From the UHGV virus genome UHGV-1270568: a stretch of DNA of 19,450 nt, one strand, 5' to 3'. This DNA comes from a virus. The notes beneath the pieces were generated by a model that was given only the letters and a program-made list of their open reading frames with translations, searched no databases and had not been told where the DNA came from. The translations under genes and the position numbers were made by a program. This document shows positions 8,533-15,720 of the stretch, one piece after another (position 1 is the stretch's first letter; each line of letters starts with the position of its first letter).

Positions 8533-9024
8533 TCACTCTCCTTTGATGCGAATACCAGTGGTACTCATTATCCTGATTTCCCAGAGCACACGAGGAACAC
8601 CACCGTTTCCGACTGGATCGCGTTTACTCCGCAGGGCGACGCTTGATTCCGCCCAGCTTTTTCTTGGAGGAAGCGCTTTCACACGAACAAAACCAGCTGC
8701 GCGAAGAGATGCTCCTGATTCATCTGCCCGGGTGTACGTAATACAACGTTGATAACCCATAGCTTTTGCTGCCCGCCAGACAGCACCATAAAGCGCGCTG
8801 TTAGCGTTGCGTTCTCCTGTGGTACATGTGCGATTTACTTCAAGCGTTAATCCATCATCCAAATGTCGTGCAACAGGTCGACCGGCTGTCGCCACACCTA
8901 TCAATTCTCCGGCATCATTTCTCAGACCAATGCTGAATTTATGCCCCACCGGGGGTTTATTGTGTCGGTGATGTCTGGATATAAACGCCTTCGCAACACG
9001 AAGAGTAACCGGTGAAATTTGCAT
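8533..9024 (-). CDS. Hypothetical 163-aa protein, possibly GNAT-like fold; second gene of the cargo cassette
   Basis: Track ORF 8533..9063; preferred start is ATG 9024 (MQISPVTLRV...) with AAGGAGAG RBS. The segment ...NANSALYGAVWRAAKAMGY... and the C-terminal ...SGASLRAAGFVRV... loosely resemble GNAT motifs; this assignment is weak. Ends ...IRIKGE encoded by the linker repeat. Confidence 0.55.
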   Translation of the reverse strand: MQISPVTLRVAKAFISRHHRHNKPPVGHKFSIGLRNDAGELIGVATAGRPVARHLDDGLTLEVNRTCTTGERNANSALYGAVWRAAKAMGYQRCITYTRADESGASLRAAGFVRVKALPPRKSWAESSVALRSKRDPVGNGGVPRVLWEIRIMSTTGIRIKGE

Positions 9025-9026
9025 TC

Positions 9027-9602
9027 TCACTCTCCTTTGATGCCAATGTTTACAGACTGGCAAGCCTCTTTGAGCACCCAGTCAACAGCGTCTTTCCATG
9101 CTCCGGTTTCGACTGGCGGATTCTCACGCTTTACCTGTTCATAGAAACGCACCGCTCTAACCAGTCCATCTGACGGTTTTGCCTGTAGTGCAGCCTGAGC
9201 TATGCGGTATGCCTGGAGCATACGGGCGTCGTTGGCTTTTTTGCGGTTGATGTTGGCTATGTCCGGCTGTGCGTTTGTGTCGAAATACTCGCTCAGTGGC
9301 AGGGTGACAACCACATCCACCTCCTGTGGCGTGATGCCTGATTTGACCAGCGCGTGATGAATGGCAATGACATTCACATCGCTGTACTGGTATTGCGTGT
9401 CAGTCGTCTGGACAAAGCGATCGCTGACCGGATCAAAACCATAGCGCACGCCATCAAGCATGTAGTTCGCGGGCTGCGTGCCACCGAACGGCGCAGACCA
9501 TTCCGACTTGAAGCTGTTCGGGCTGATGGCGTTGCGGCGTTCGCCGTTCTCAGTCCATGCCAGCTTGGTGTTGGTGGAGCCGTCATCGATACAAATTTTC
9601 AT
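9027..9602 (-). CDS. Chimeric protein: N-terminal 120-odd aa ParM/StbA-like (actin-fold ATPase N-terminus) fused to an unrelated 68-aa C-terminus
   Basis: MKICIDDGSTNTKLAW...ISPNSFK.EW...YSDVNV.A.HHAL..SG....EVD.V.T.PL......N.QP...NI.RKKAN tracks the N-terminus of plasmid R1 ParM as I remember it (phosphate-1 motif DDGSTN), then diverges. No ParM C-terminal half in any frame. AAGGAA RBS. Ends ...NIGIKGE from the linker repeat. Confidence 0.6.
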   Translation of the reverse strand: MKICIDDGSTNTKLAWTENGERRNAISPNSFKSEWSAPFGGTQPANYMLDGVRYGFDPVSDRFVQTTDTQYQYSDVNVIAIHHALVKSGITPQEVDVVVTLPLSEYFDTNAQPDIANINRKKANDARMLQAYRIAQAALQAKPSDGLVRAVRFYEQVKRENPPVETGAWKDAVDWVLKEACQSVNIGIKGE

Positions 9603-9636
9603 GTCGCTTTTCCTTATGTTGATTAATTAATCGTTT

Positions 9637-9656
9637 ACGGGATTCTGAAATCCCGT
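9637..9656. repeat. Palindrome ACGGGAT-N6-ATCCCGT, copy 1, between the A stop and the first cargo gene
   Basis: ACGGGATTCTGAAATCCCGT followed on the plus strand by TTTTGCC. Confidence 0.6.
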
Positions 9657-9678
9657 TTTTGCCTGTTTTATGCGCGCT

Positions 9679-12501
9679 TCATATATCGCGGCGCGTTTTT
9701 TGCTCATTTACGGGATTTGTGAATCCCGTTTCTGTCTGTTTTTTGTTTCCACTGGTCAGGCCACCCCGCAGCAGGTCTGCTTTGCGGCGGGCGCGTTCAG
9801 TGGTTTCACTGATTCTCTGTGCGTGCTCTGCGTCGCGGATGGCGCGCAGCATGTCAGAAAGCACGGTAACGGGTGTTTTCATGGTGTTCTGGTCTTGCTG
9901 AAGTGTGGATGCCAGGCGTGCGGCGGCTTCGGGGTCTGATGCCCTCAGCTGTTCCAGATAGCTGGCGACCGGGTTATGGCGGATCTCCGTACTGCTTACG
10001 CCGTGGTTACGGCTCAGGCGCTGCCAGAGCTGCGTGATCCGGCTGTCCGGTCGGGTATCCGGTTTGCGTACAATTTCAAATCCCTGCGGTGCAATGATGC
10101 TGCCGTCAACGTACAGACTGCCGCCCCGTAACAGGTGCTGCATCTGCTGTTCACCGATATGCAGGCCGAGAGATTCGGCAGATTCCCGCCATTCTTTAGC
10201 GAGTAATTCGTGGTTATCAGGCAAAGGCCGCTGCTGTTTGCGGCTCTGTGTCCAGCTCTGCATTTCATCACTGCTGTTTTTTGCCTGTTTGTCACGAAGC
10301 GAACGCATCAGCGCCCGGCGTTCGTGCCGTTTCAGTGAGCGCATCCATTCGTTCACGTCAACGCCGTCAGGAAGCTGCGGCCACGGTGCTGGCCGTTCTT
10401 CCGGCTGTTCTGTCCCGTTGTTGTCCGTTTCCTGTACACGGGGACAGTTATTGCCACGAGTCCAAGGGGCGGCAGGGCCGCCCTGAAGGTCAAAACCATT
10501 TTCGCGGGCGCTGTCTTCCGTTTCCGGTTTACGTCTTACCAGTTTCCAGTTATCCGGATGCGTGCACACACGGGAGGATTCCCCGATGAGTGGTGACCAG
10601 ATCCCGTAAATCTGTACGCTCTGTTCGCCGTAATCATTCAGCTCATCTGCGAGGTCGTAGGCGGTGCGAATCAGGTAGTCTTTGCGTGGAACAAGTACGC
10701 CGCCCTGTTTTTCAATGTAGGTGGCAAAACACCCGGCATCGGCGGCAGCGAGTACCGCATCCATTGCGTCATCTTTCAGTCGTTGCGGGCCTTCCGGGTT
10801 GCGTGCCATCTGGCTGGCAAGGCGGCGCAGTTCACGCCACACCTGACGGGAGGGGATGCCAAAGAACTGGAACTGGCGGACCCGATGAAGGCGCGCCCAG
10901 CCGATGGCGCGCTCCACACTCTCGGCCATTGATTTTCCGGTTTCGTGGTCAACGCGTGGCTTGCCCGTTTTCGGGTCGATGCCATCCACGGCGCGGCTGT
11001 CCAGGTTCTTTCCGATGTAGGTCGCGATATAGCTGGTTGGTGTGCCTTTTGAGCCGTCGACATACTCCGCCTTAAAGCGCGGAGTAATATCATTGCCCAG
11101 CTCGTGGCGGTCTTCCTGAATGGCAATATCGCGGGTGATGGCCACGATGCTGTCGATTTCTTCCGGATGAGCAAAGACCATCATATGCCAGTGCACGGTG
11201 CCGTCATGGTGAGGCTCCACCGTGCGGATGCCATACCAGCGAAGACCGTCGCGGTTCAGTTTTTTGCGGACCGCCGCAAAAAACGTGTTAACCAGGTAAT
11301 CGCTGGAGTCGCGCATGGTGGCCCCGTTCCATTTGGGATTCGGATGACCGTTCTCTGTTGTGGCGTGGTATTTTGACGGGCAGGTGACAGTCAGAAACAC
11401 CGCTTTGTCGCCACGGGCTTCGGCCAGAAGTTCCAGCCCCTTCATGGTGGCCATCATTTCTGCCTTACGGTGAACCGGGTTACTTACTCCCGCGTAATAC
11501 ACTGTCTCGAGATCAATCGTGAACCCGTCTTCGTTTTCCAGCATGAAACTTTTCAGGAAATCGCGTGTTTTCTCGCGCTGTGCGCGAAACTCGCTTAACG
11601 CGTCCTGGCTCAGATAGGGTGATGTTTTTCTGGAAACCAGACAGGCGGCGCGGAGTTGTTCTTCTCTCCACTCGCAACGTAACAGCCACAGTTTGCGTTT
11701 CCACCATTCCGCACAGGTCAGGCGAAGGACTGCGCCCGGCAGCAGCTCCGTGTCCGGTTCGTTCCTCCGGTCTTTATCTGTTGTCAGTGCGTCATAATGT
11801 GGAGGCATGATGTGCAGGTGTAACGCCATGCGGGCCAGCATCTGATACGCCTTCAGCGTTACATCCATGGTCAGCTCGCCATCTCTGGCACCAAAGCCAT
11901 CACAGAGTTTTTCGAAGGTGCTGCTGAACATCGCCGCCGTCATGGTGGCCAGCGACTGTATCTGGTGTTTGTTGAGCTGCGGCAGGTAAAGCAAATCGTC
12001 CAGGCGTTCGCGTCCGGCAAGGGAGCGATAACCCGGTGTCAGCCAGTGTCCGTCAGTGCGATCCAGACGTTCGAATATTTTGCGCAGGGTTCCGCGTGCA
12101 TAGCGTTCCGCCTGCCAGCTCTTTTTGCCTTTCCGGCGATCGGCTTCCTGTTTTTTGCGCAGGAAGGAGAGGTGGCGAATAAGCGGATCGCGCAGATAGG
12201 ACGGCAGCAGGCGCAGCGAGGCCATGGCTTCATCCACCGCGCCACGTGCCTGTTTTCTGGCTTCTCTGGCCAGTGTGATGGTTTTGTCCTGTTTTTCCTG
12301 TGCGTCCAGGCTTTTATTAATCAGGTTGCCCAGCGGCGTGGCGGAGAACGCCGCATCAGCCATTTCCTGGCGGCGCTCGTTCTCTGCCCGGTAGGCATCC
12401 AGCCAGGAGGAAAGCTCGGATTCAGGAGCGGGGATTCCCGTTCCTTCACGACCCACTGCGTGGCGCGGTTGTTGCCAGTCCCTGATGTACTCTGCCGTCA
12501 T
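9679..12501 (-). CDS. A: Rolling-circle replication initiation endonuclease, P2 gpA-like
   Basis: 940 aa; HUH-type motif TVHWHMMVFA (about residue 437) and paired-tyrosine motif TSYIATYIGK (Y491/Y495), matching the P2 gpA active site arrangement as I recall it; sits downstream of the early operon. Confidence 0.85.
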   Translation of the reverse strand: MTAEYIRDWQQPRHAVGREGTGIPAPESELSSWLDAYRAENERRQEMADAAFSATPLGNLINKSLDAQEKQDKTITLAREARKQARGAVDEAMASLRLLPSYLRDPLIRHLSFLRKKQEADRRKGKKSWQAERYARGTLRKIFERLDRTDGHWLTPGYRSLAGRERLDDLLYLPQLNKHQIQSLATMTAAMFSSTFEKLCDGFGARDGELTMDVTLKAYQMLARMALHLHIMPPHYDALTTDKDRRNEPDTELLPGAVLRLTCAEWWKRKLWLLRCEWREEQLRAACLVSRKTSPYLSQDALSEFRAQREKTRDFLKSFMLENEDGFTIDLETVYYAGVSNPVHRKAEMMATMKGLELLAEARGDKAVFLTVTCPSKYHATTENGHPNPKWNGATMRDSSDYLVNTFFAAVRKKLNRDGLRWYGIRTVEPHHDGTVHWHMMVFAHPEEIDSIVAITRDIAIQEDRHELGNDITPRFKAEYVDGSKGTPTSYIATYIGKNLDSRAVDGIDPKTGKPRVDHETGKSMAESVERAIGWARLHRVRQFQFFGIPSRQVWRELRRLASQMARNPEGPQRLKDDAMDAVLAAADAGCFATYIEKQGGVLVPRKDYLIRTAYDLADELNDYGEQSVQIYGIWSPLIGESSRVCTHPDNWKLVRRKPETEDSARENGFDLQGGPAAPWTRGNNCPRVQETDNNGTEQPEERPAPWPQLPDGVDVNEWMRSLKRHERRALMRSLRDKQAKNSSDEMQSWTQSRKQQRPLPDNHELLAKEWRESAESLGLHIGEQQMQHLLRGGSLYVDGSIIAPQGFEIVRKPDTRPDSRITQLWQRLSRNHGVSSTEIRHNPVASYLEQLRASDPEAAARLASTLQQDQNTMKTPVTVLSDMLRAIRDAEHAQRISETTERARRKADLLRGGLTSGNKKQTETGFTNPVNEQKTRRDI
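9710..9729. repeat. Palindrome ACGGGAT-N6-ATCCCGT, copy 2, inside the last about 15 codons of A
   Basis: ACGGGATTTGTGAATCCCGT, followed on the plus strand by a T-rich run; a third GC hairpin plus T6 lies between the two copies (9672..9701). Confidence 0.6.
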
Positions 12502-12507
12502 AGTGAT

Positions 12508-12873
12508 TTACTTCGTCATGCCATTCAGGGTGTCGCGGCAGACTGTAGCCAGCCGCTGAATTTCCAGCACGGTGTCTTCTGTGTCGGCATGGCGATGTGT
12601 GATGCGGATGCTGTCGGCAATCACATCGACGATTGCAGAGGATGGGCGCTGGTAAATGCCAATAACGGACGGGGTGCCACCTTCAATGCGGTAAAGCCTG
12701 TAATTTTCCTCATGGCTGTCAATCATGTAGCGACCATCAATAACAATCTTTCCGTCAGCGAGCTGCGGTACAGGCAGGGATTTCAGGTACATGTCATAAC
12801 GATCACGCACGCGAGCGGCAAGATCACGTTCTGTGTTGAGCAGGTATTCAAGAAAGTCGTTGGCGAGAATCAT
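12508..12873 (-). CDS. Hypothetical 121-aa early protein immediately upstream of A
   Basis: Strong AAGAGGA RBS 8 nt before ATG 12873; stop 6 nt before the A start; no family recognised. Confidence 0.6.
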   Translation of the reverse strand: MILANDFLEYLLNTERDLAARVRDRYDMYLKSLPVPQLADGKIVIDGRYMIDSHEENYRLYRIEGGTPSVIGIYQRPSSAIVDVIADSIRITHRHADTEDTVLEIQRLATVCRDTLNGMTK

Positions 12874-12945
12874 TGCGGCAATCCTCTTGCTACAGATGTG
12901 CGAAGGCCTCCCGCCGCAAGGTGCAGGAAAGGCCTGGAACAGGAA

Positions 12946-13176
12946 TTAATGGAGTTTGTTTTGCTGCTGGATGAGCTGCTGAAGCTCGCGCAGATCATCC
13001 GCCAGATAGCTGAAAACAGAGGCGGAATAAATGTTTGATAGTGCGTGGCTGCGCTCATGCAGCATATTGATGTGCATGATTTGCGCGACGCGTGATGCGC
13101 GGAAAAGTCTGCGGTTGATTTCAGTCTGGATGTGACGACGCTCCGCGATAGCGCGGTGCTGTTTGCGGTTTGCCAT
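12946..13176 (-). CDS. Hypothetical 76-aa basic protein
   Basis: MANRKQHRAIAERRHIQTEINRRLF...; GAGAGG RBS; first gene after the 13177..13543 non-coding stretch. Confidence 0.5.
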   Translation of the reverse strand: MANRKQHRAIAERRHIQTEINRRLFRASRVAQIMHINMLHERSHALSNIYSASVFSYLADDLRELQQLIQQQNKLH

Positions 13177-13233
13177 GATGTGGCCTCTCTGTTAGTTAGT
13201 TTTGAAAACTCACCATCCAGAGGTTCCAAGCTC

Positions 13234-13314
13234 GGGGTGGTGAGACGTACAGGGTTGGAACTACCGGCTAACAGAGGACCCGGCCCAGCTGATGCTGGCC
13301 CTGTACGCCCCACC
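13234..13314. other. Highly structured non-coding element in the leader of the 76-aa / 121-aa / A unit
   Basis: Plus-strand CGTACAGGG (13246..13254) pairs with CCCTGTACG (13299..13307), extended by GGTGG/CCACC, enclosing an inner hairpin CCAGC-TGAT-GCTGG (13285..13298). Confidence 0.4.
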
Positions 13315-13353
13315 ATAATTCTGACGCGAAAAAGACGTGGCGATACGGCACGC

Positions 13354-13376
13354 ACAAAAAAACCGCTGGCGCGGTT
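13354..13376 (-). terminator. Minus-strand Rho-independent terminator
   Basis: Minus strand AACCGC-GCCA-GCGGTT followed by TTTTTTTG. Confidence 0.55.
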
Positions 13377-13512
13377 GTGCGCTCTGTTAGTCTGCGGGGT
13401 TCCAATCCCGGCACCCGTTTTATGAGGTGCAGCGGAAATGTAACCTGACTGATTGCGGCATGGCAAGCGGTTTTTTTGTGAGAACGGCATACTAAAAAAT
13501 CCTGATACTGCT

Positions 13513-13537
13513 CCGGCCAGCGGTTTTCACTGGCCGG
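13513..13537 (-). terminator. 8-bp GC-rich hairpin 3 nt after the SPFH gene stop
   Basis: CCGGCCAG / CTGGCCGG stem with 9-nt loop; the T-run on the minus strand is 12 nt distal, so efficiency is uncertain. Confidence 0.4.
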
Positions 13538-13543
13538 GTTTAA

Positions 13544-14374
13544 TTACTTCACCGGAACAAACGGAACAGCGGTGTTACTGGTCATGTATTGCGGTAGCGT
13601 GCCGTTCCATTTGTTAATCGCTTCCAGCTCCATAACGCCGGGATTCTGGCGCAGAGCTTCACCGCGTAAACGAATGGCGTCGGCTTCAGCCTGGGCTTTT
13701 GTGCGAATGGCATCGGCTTGTCCGGCAGCTTCTGCGCGCAGCATGTTGGCTTCAGCTTCGCGTTGCTTGACTTCCTGTTCACGTTGCAGGGTTTTCTGGT
13801 TTGCCGTGACTTTGGCATTAATGCTGTCGATAACGGTTGGCGGGTATTCCGGCTTACCCACATAAGAGAGGCTCATTACCTGAATGCCGATAGGTGTCAT
13901 TTCTGCCTGAATGTCTTTAAGTGCTGAATCCAGCAGTTCAGACTTGCCACCGTCGATAAATTTATCGGTGGTCATTTTGCTGGCCAGTCGGTTGAGTGCG
14001 TCGGCGATCTTCTGGCGCAGGTCAGTGTCGGTAATGTCATCCACGCCTTTGCGGTAGGTCTGAAACACTGTAGTAACTTTGGATGGATCAACCTTGTAGG
14101 CCACACCGATGTGATAGCCGATGGTTGTGCCGTCACTCATCTGAAAGCTGAACGGCTCATCGTAGGTCTTCATTTGTTTGAAGGTCGGGAAGATGTAAAC
14201 CTCGGTATTCCAGCCAGTCCAGTAGCGGCCAACGCCAACCACTTCGCCAACGCCTTTGTCGTCGCCCAGCTTGTTGACTTTGATGCCCACATTACCTGGC
14301 TCAACGCGATCGCAGCCAACCAGCAGGATGGCGGCAAAAAGCGGGAGAATCTGAAAGAGTTTGAATTTCTTCAT
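13544..14374 (-). CDS. SPFH / band-7 (prohibitin, HflC-like) domain lipoprotein
   Basis: 276 aa; N-terminal signal peptide with lipobox LLVGC; C-terminal Ala/Glu/Arg/Gln-rich coiled coil (QREQEVKQREAEANMLRAEAAGQADAIR...) typical of SPFH proteins; start overlaps upstream stop (ATGA). Confidence 0.7.
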   Translation of the reverse strand: MKKFKLFQILPLFAAILLVGCDRVEPGNVGIKVNKLGDDKGVGEVVGVGRYWTGWNTEVYIFPTFKQMKTYDEPFSFQMSDGTTIGYHIGVAYKVDPSKVTTVFQTYRKGVDDITDTDLRQKIADALNRLASKMTTDKFIDGGKSELLDSALKDIQAEMTPIGIQVMSLSYVGKPEYPPTVIDSINAKVTANQKTLQREQEVKQREAEANMLRAEAAGQADAIRTKAQAEADAIRLRGEALRQNPGVMELEAINKWNGTLPQYMTSNTAVPFVPVK

Positions 14375-14574
14375 TGTTTAATTTCCTTGATGTACTTACT
14401 GAAAAGGCGAACAACGCCTGCCGGGTACAGCATGGCAATGAAAATGCCCAGCAATACCAGGAAAGAGCTGTCTGATGAAATCATTCGGGGGAGTACCCCT
14501 ACATACAGAATGAGAGAGACGAGGACGCATACTAGCGCCCATGCATATGCACGAAACCATGTCTTGTTGTTCAT
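14371..14574 (-). CDS. Small membrane protein (67 aa, two predicted TM helices) coupled to the SPFH gene
   Basis: Track ORF 14371..14706 overlaps the upstream gene; preferred start is ATG 14574 (MNNKTWFRAYAWALVCVLVSLILYVGVLPRMISSDSSFLVLLGIFIAMLYPAGVV...) with AAGGG RBS. Confidence 0.55.
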   Translation of the reverse strand: MNNKTWFRAYAWALVCVLVSLILYVGVLPRMISSDSSFLVLLGIFIAMLYPAGVVRLFSKYIKEIKQ

Positions 14575-14584
14575 GTTGCGGCCC

Positions 14585-14881
14585 TTACTGGTTAAGGAAA
14601 AAATCGAAAACCTTGTCAATGCGTTGCAGCAGCTCTTGCTGTATTGCTTCCGGCGTTTCCGGTTCGCCTGGCGCCTCCAACGTCGCGCAGAAATCAGCGA
14701 TTTCATGATGGAGTGTCAGGCGAATGGCAGGGGCCGTGGTTCTGGCGTGCTCCAACTCATCCAGCAGTGCCAACACCACTGACGGTTGTAAGCTCACGCG
14801 AGATGGTAGTGATTCATGGGGGGGTATTCTTTGCACGGCAGTCGCCAGTTCGCGTAGTTCCTGGTGGTTGATGATGCTCAT
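14585..14881 (-). CDS. Hypothetical 98-aa early protein
   Basis: ATG overlaps upstream stop (ATGA); no family recognised. Confidence 0.5.
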   Translation of the reverse strand: MSIINHQELRELATAVQRIPPHESLPSRVSLQPSVVLALLDELEHARTTAPAIRLTLHHEIADFCATLEAPGEPETPEAIQQELLQRIDKVFDFFLNQ

Positions 14882-15123
14882 GCTCTGGCTTCCTTCAGTA
14901 ACTGGTTAAACATATTGGTAAGTGGATTGCCGCACCCGAACGGCATCGGGTTTACCTGGTAAGAGAAGCGACCACCTGTTTTGCGCTCTTTTCTTATGAC
15001 TGAACCGCTACGCCAGAGTCGGCGTAACTCCGCATTAATAGCTGTGGTTGGGGTATTCAGTGCTGCGGCGATTTCTCCACCGCTACACCCCGGATTGGCG
15101 GCGATATAGTCCAGAATGGTCAT
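14878..15123 (-). CDS. Small putative winged-helix DNA-binding protein (81 aa)
   Basis: Preferred start is ATG 15123 (AGGAG 8 nt upstream, ATGA overlap with upstream stop); ILDYIAANPGCSGGEIAAALNTPTTAINAELRRLWRSGSV looks like a helix-turn-helix / wing. Confidence 0.5.
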   Translation of the reverse strand: MTILDYIAANPGCSGGEIAAALNTPTTAINAELRRLWRSGSVIRKERKTGGRFSYQVNPMPFGCGNPLTNMFNQLLKEARA

Positions 15124-15323
15124 CTGCATGACTCCTGTACCTGTCGGATAAGGTTCACCCGCACCACGTTGGTGGCGCAGAAGTAAGTGCCGTCAGTGAG
15201 GTAGATGTGGTGTGCATCCTTTTCTGAACGGTGTTTGTCGATTGTGGTAATCAGGCGTTCGTCGACTTCGTATTCACGTCCTCTGGAGGTAAAACGAACG
15301 ACAGGAAAGTGCTTAATTGCCAT
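15120..15323 (-). CDS. Hypothetical 67-aa early protein
   Basis: Track ORF 15120..15383 overlaps the upstream gene; internal ATG 15323 (MAIKHFPVVRF...) is the likely start. Start is uncertain. Confidence 0.35.
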   Translation of the reverse strand: MAIKHFPVVRFTSRGREYEVDERLITTIDKHRSEKDAHHIYLTDGTYFCATNVVRVNLIRQVQESCR

Positions 15324-15630
15324 TGCGCCCACTGTTCTGTTTCTGGCGACGGATGCGGGATAGCTGGATTTCCAGCTCTTCAATGTGGTCGTGCAACTCG
15401 TCTATTTCGGCGAAAAGCGAATCAAGGGTTGATGAGAGTTCCGTTAACAGGGCCTTTGCCGCCAGTGCAACAGTAAACGTGCCGATGTCGCGTTCCGGGT
15501 CAATTTCACTAACAAGTGTTCTGGTTAGTTCAAGAGCGACGGGGAGCGCCTCTTCCAGTTTGCAATCCTGGAGATGAGCAAGAATAGTTAATGCGTCGCA
15601 TTGAATTTTGTCTTCTTTATTTTGTTTCAT
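15313..15630 (-). CDS. Hypothetical 105-aa acidic helical early protein
   Basis: Complete ORF in operon context; no family recognised. Confidence 0.5.
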   Translation of the reverse strand: MKQNKEDKIQCDALTILAHLQDCKLEEALPVALELTRTLVSEIDPERDIGTFTVALAAKALLTELSSTLDSLFAEIDELHDHIEELEIQLSRIRRQKQNSGRNGN

Positions 15631-15720
15631 CGTTGCCGCCTTATTTGAATGTACAAAGCCCTCCGCGAGTGCGGATTGTTTTCATGTTTTCTTATTTAAT
15701 CGTGTGTTTTATTTGTGCTG

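Noticed and set aside
11965-13038. 357-aa plus-strand ORF, and the plus-strand ORFs at 10034..11376
   Set aside because: Antisense to replication gene A and the 121-aa gene; Cys/Arg-rich with no RBS context; GC-rich coding regions commonly give long antisense ORFs.
9679-13500. Interpretation as a P4-type satellite (alpha primase plus structured immunity RNA)
   Set aside because: The large protein carries HUH and paired-tyrosine rolling-circle motifs (gpA-like), not primase/helicase motifs, and the element encodes its own capsid, terminase and portal genes.
14111-14782. 223-aa plus-strand ORF
   Set aside because: Antisense to the SPFH gene and the small membrane-protein gene; no coding-like features.
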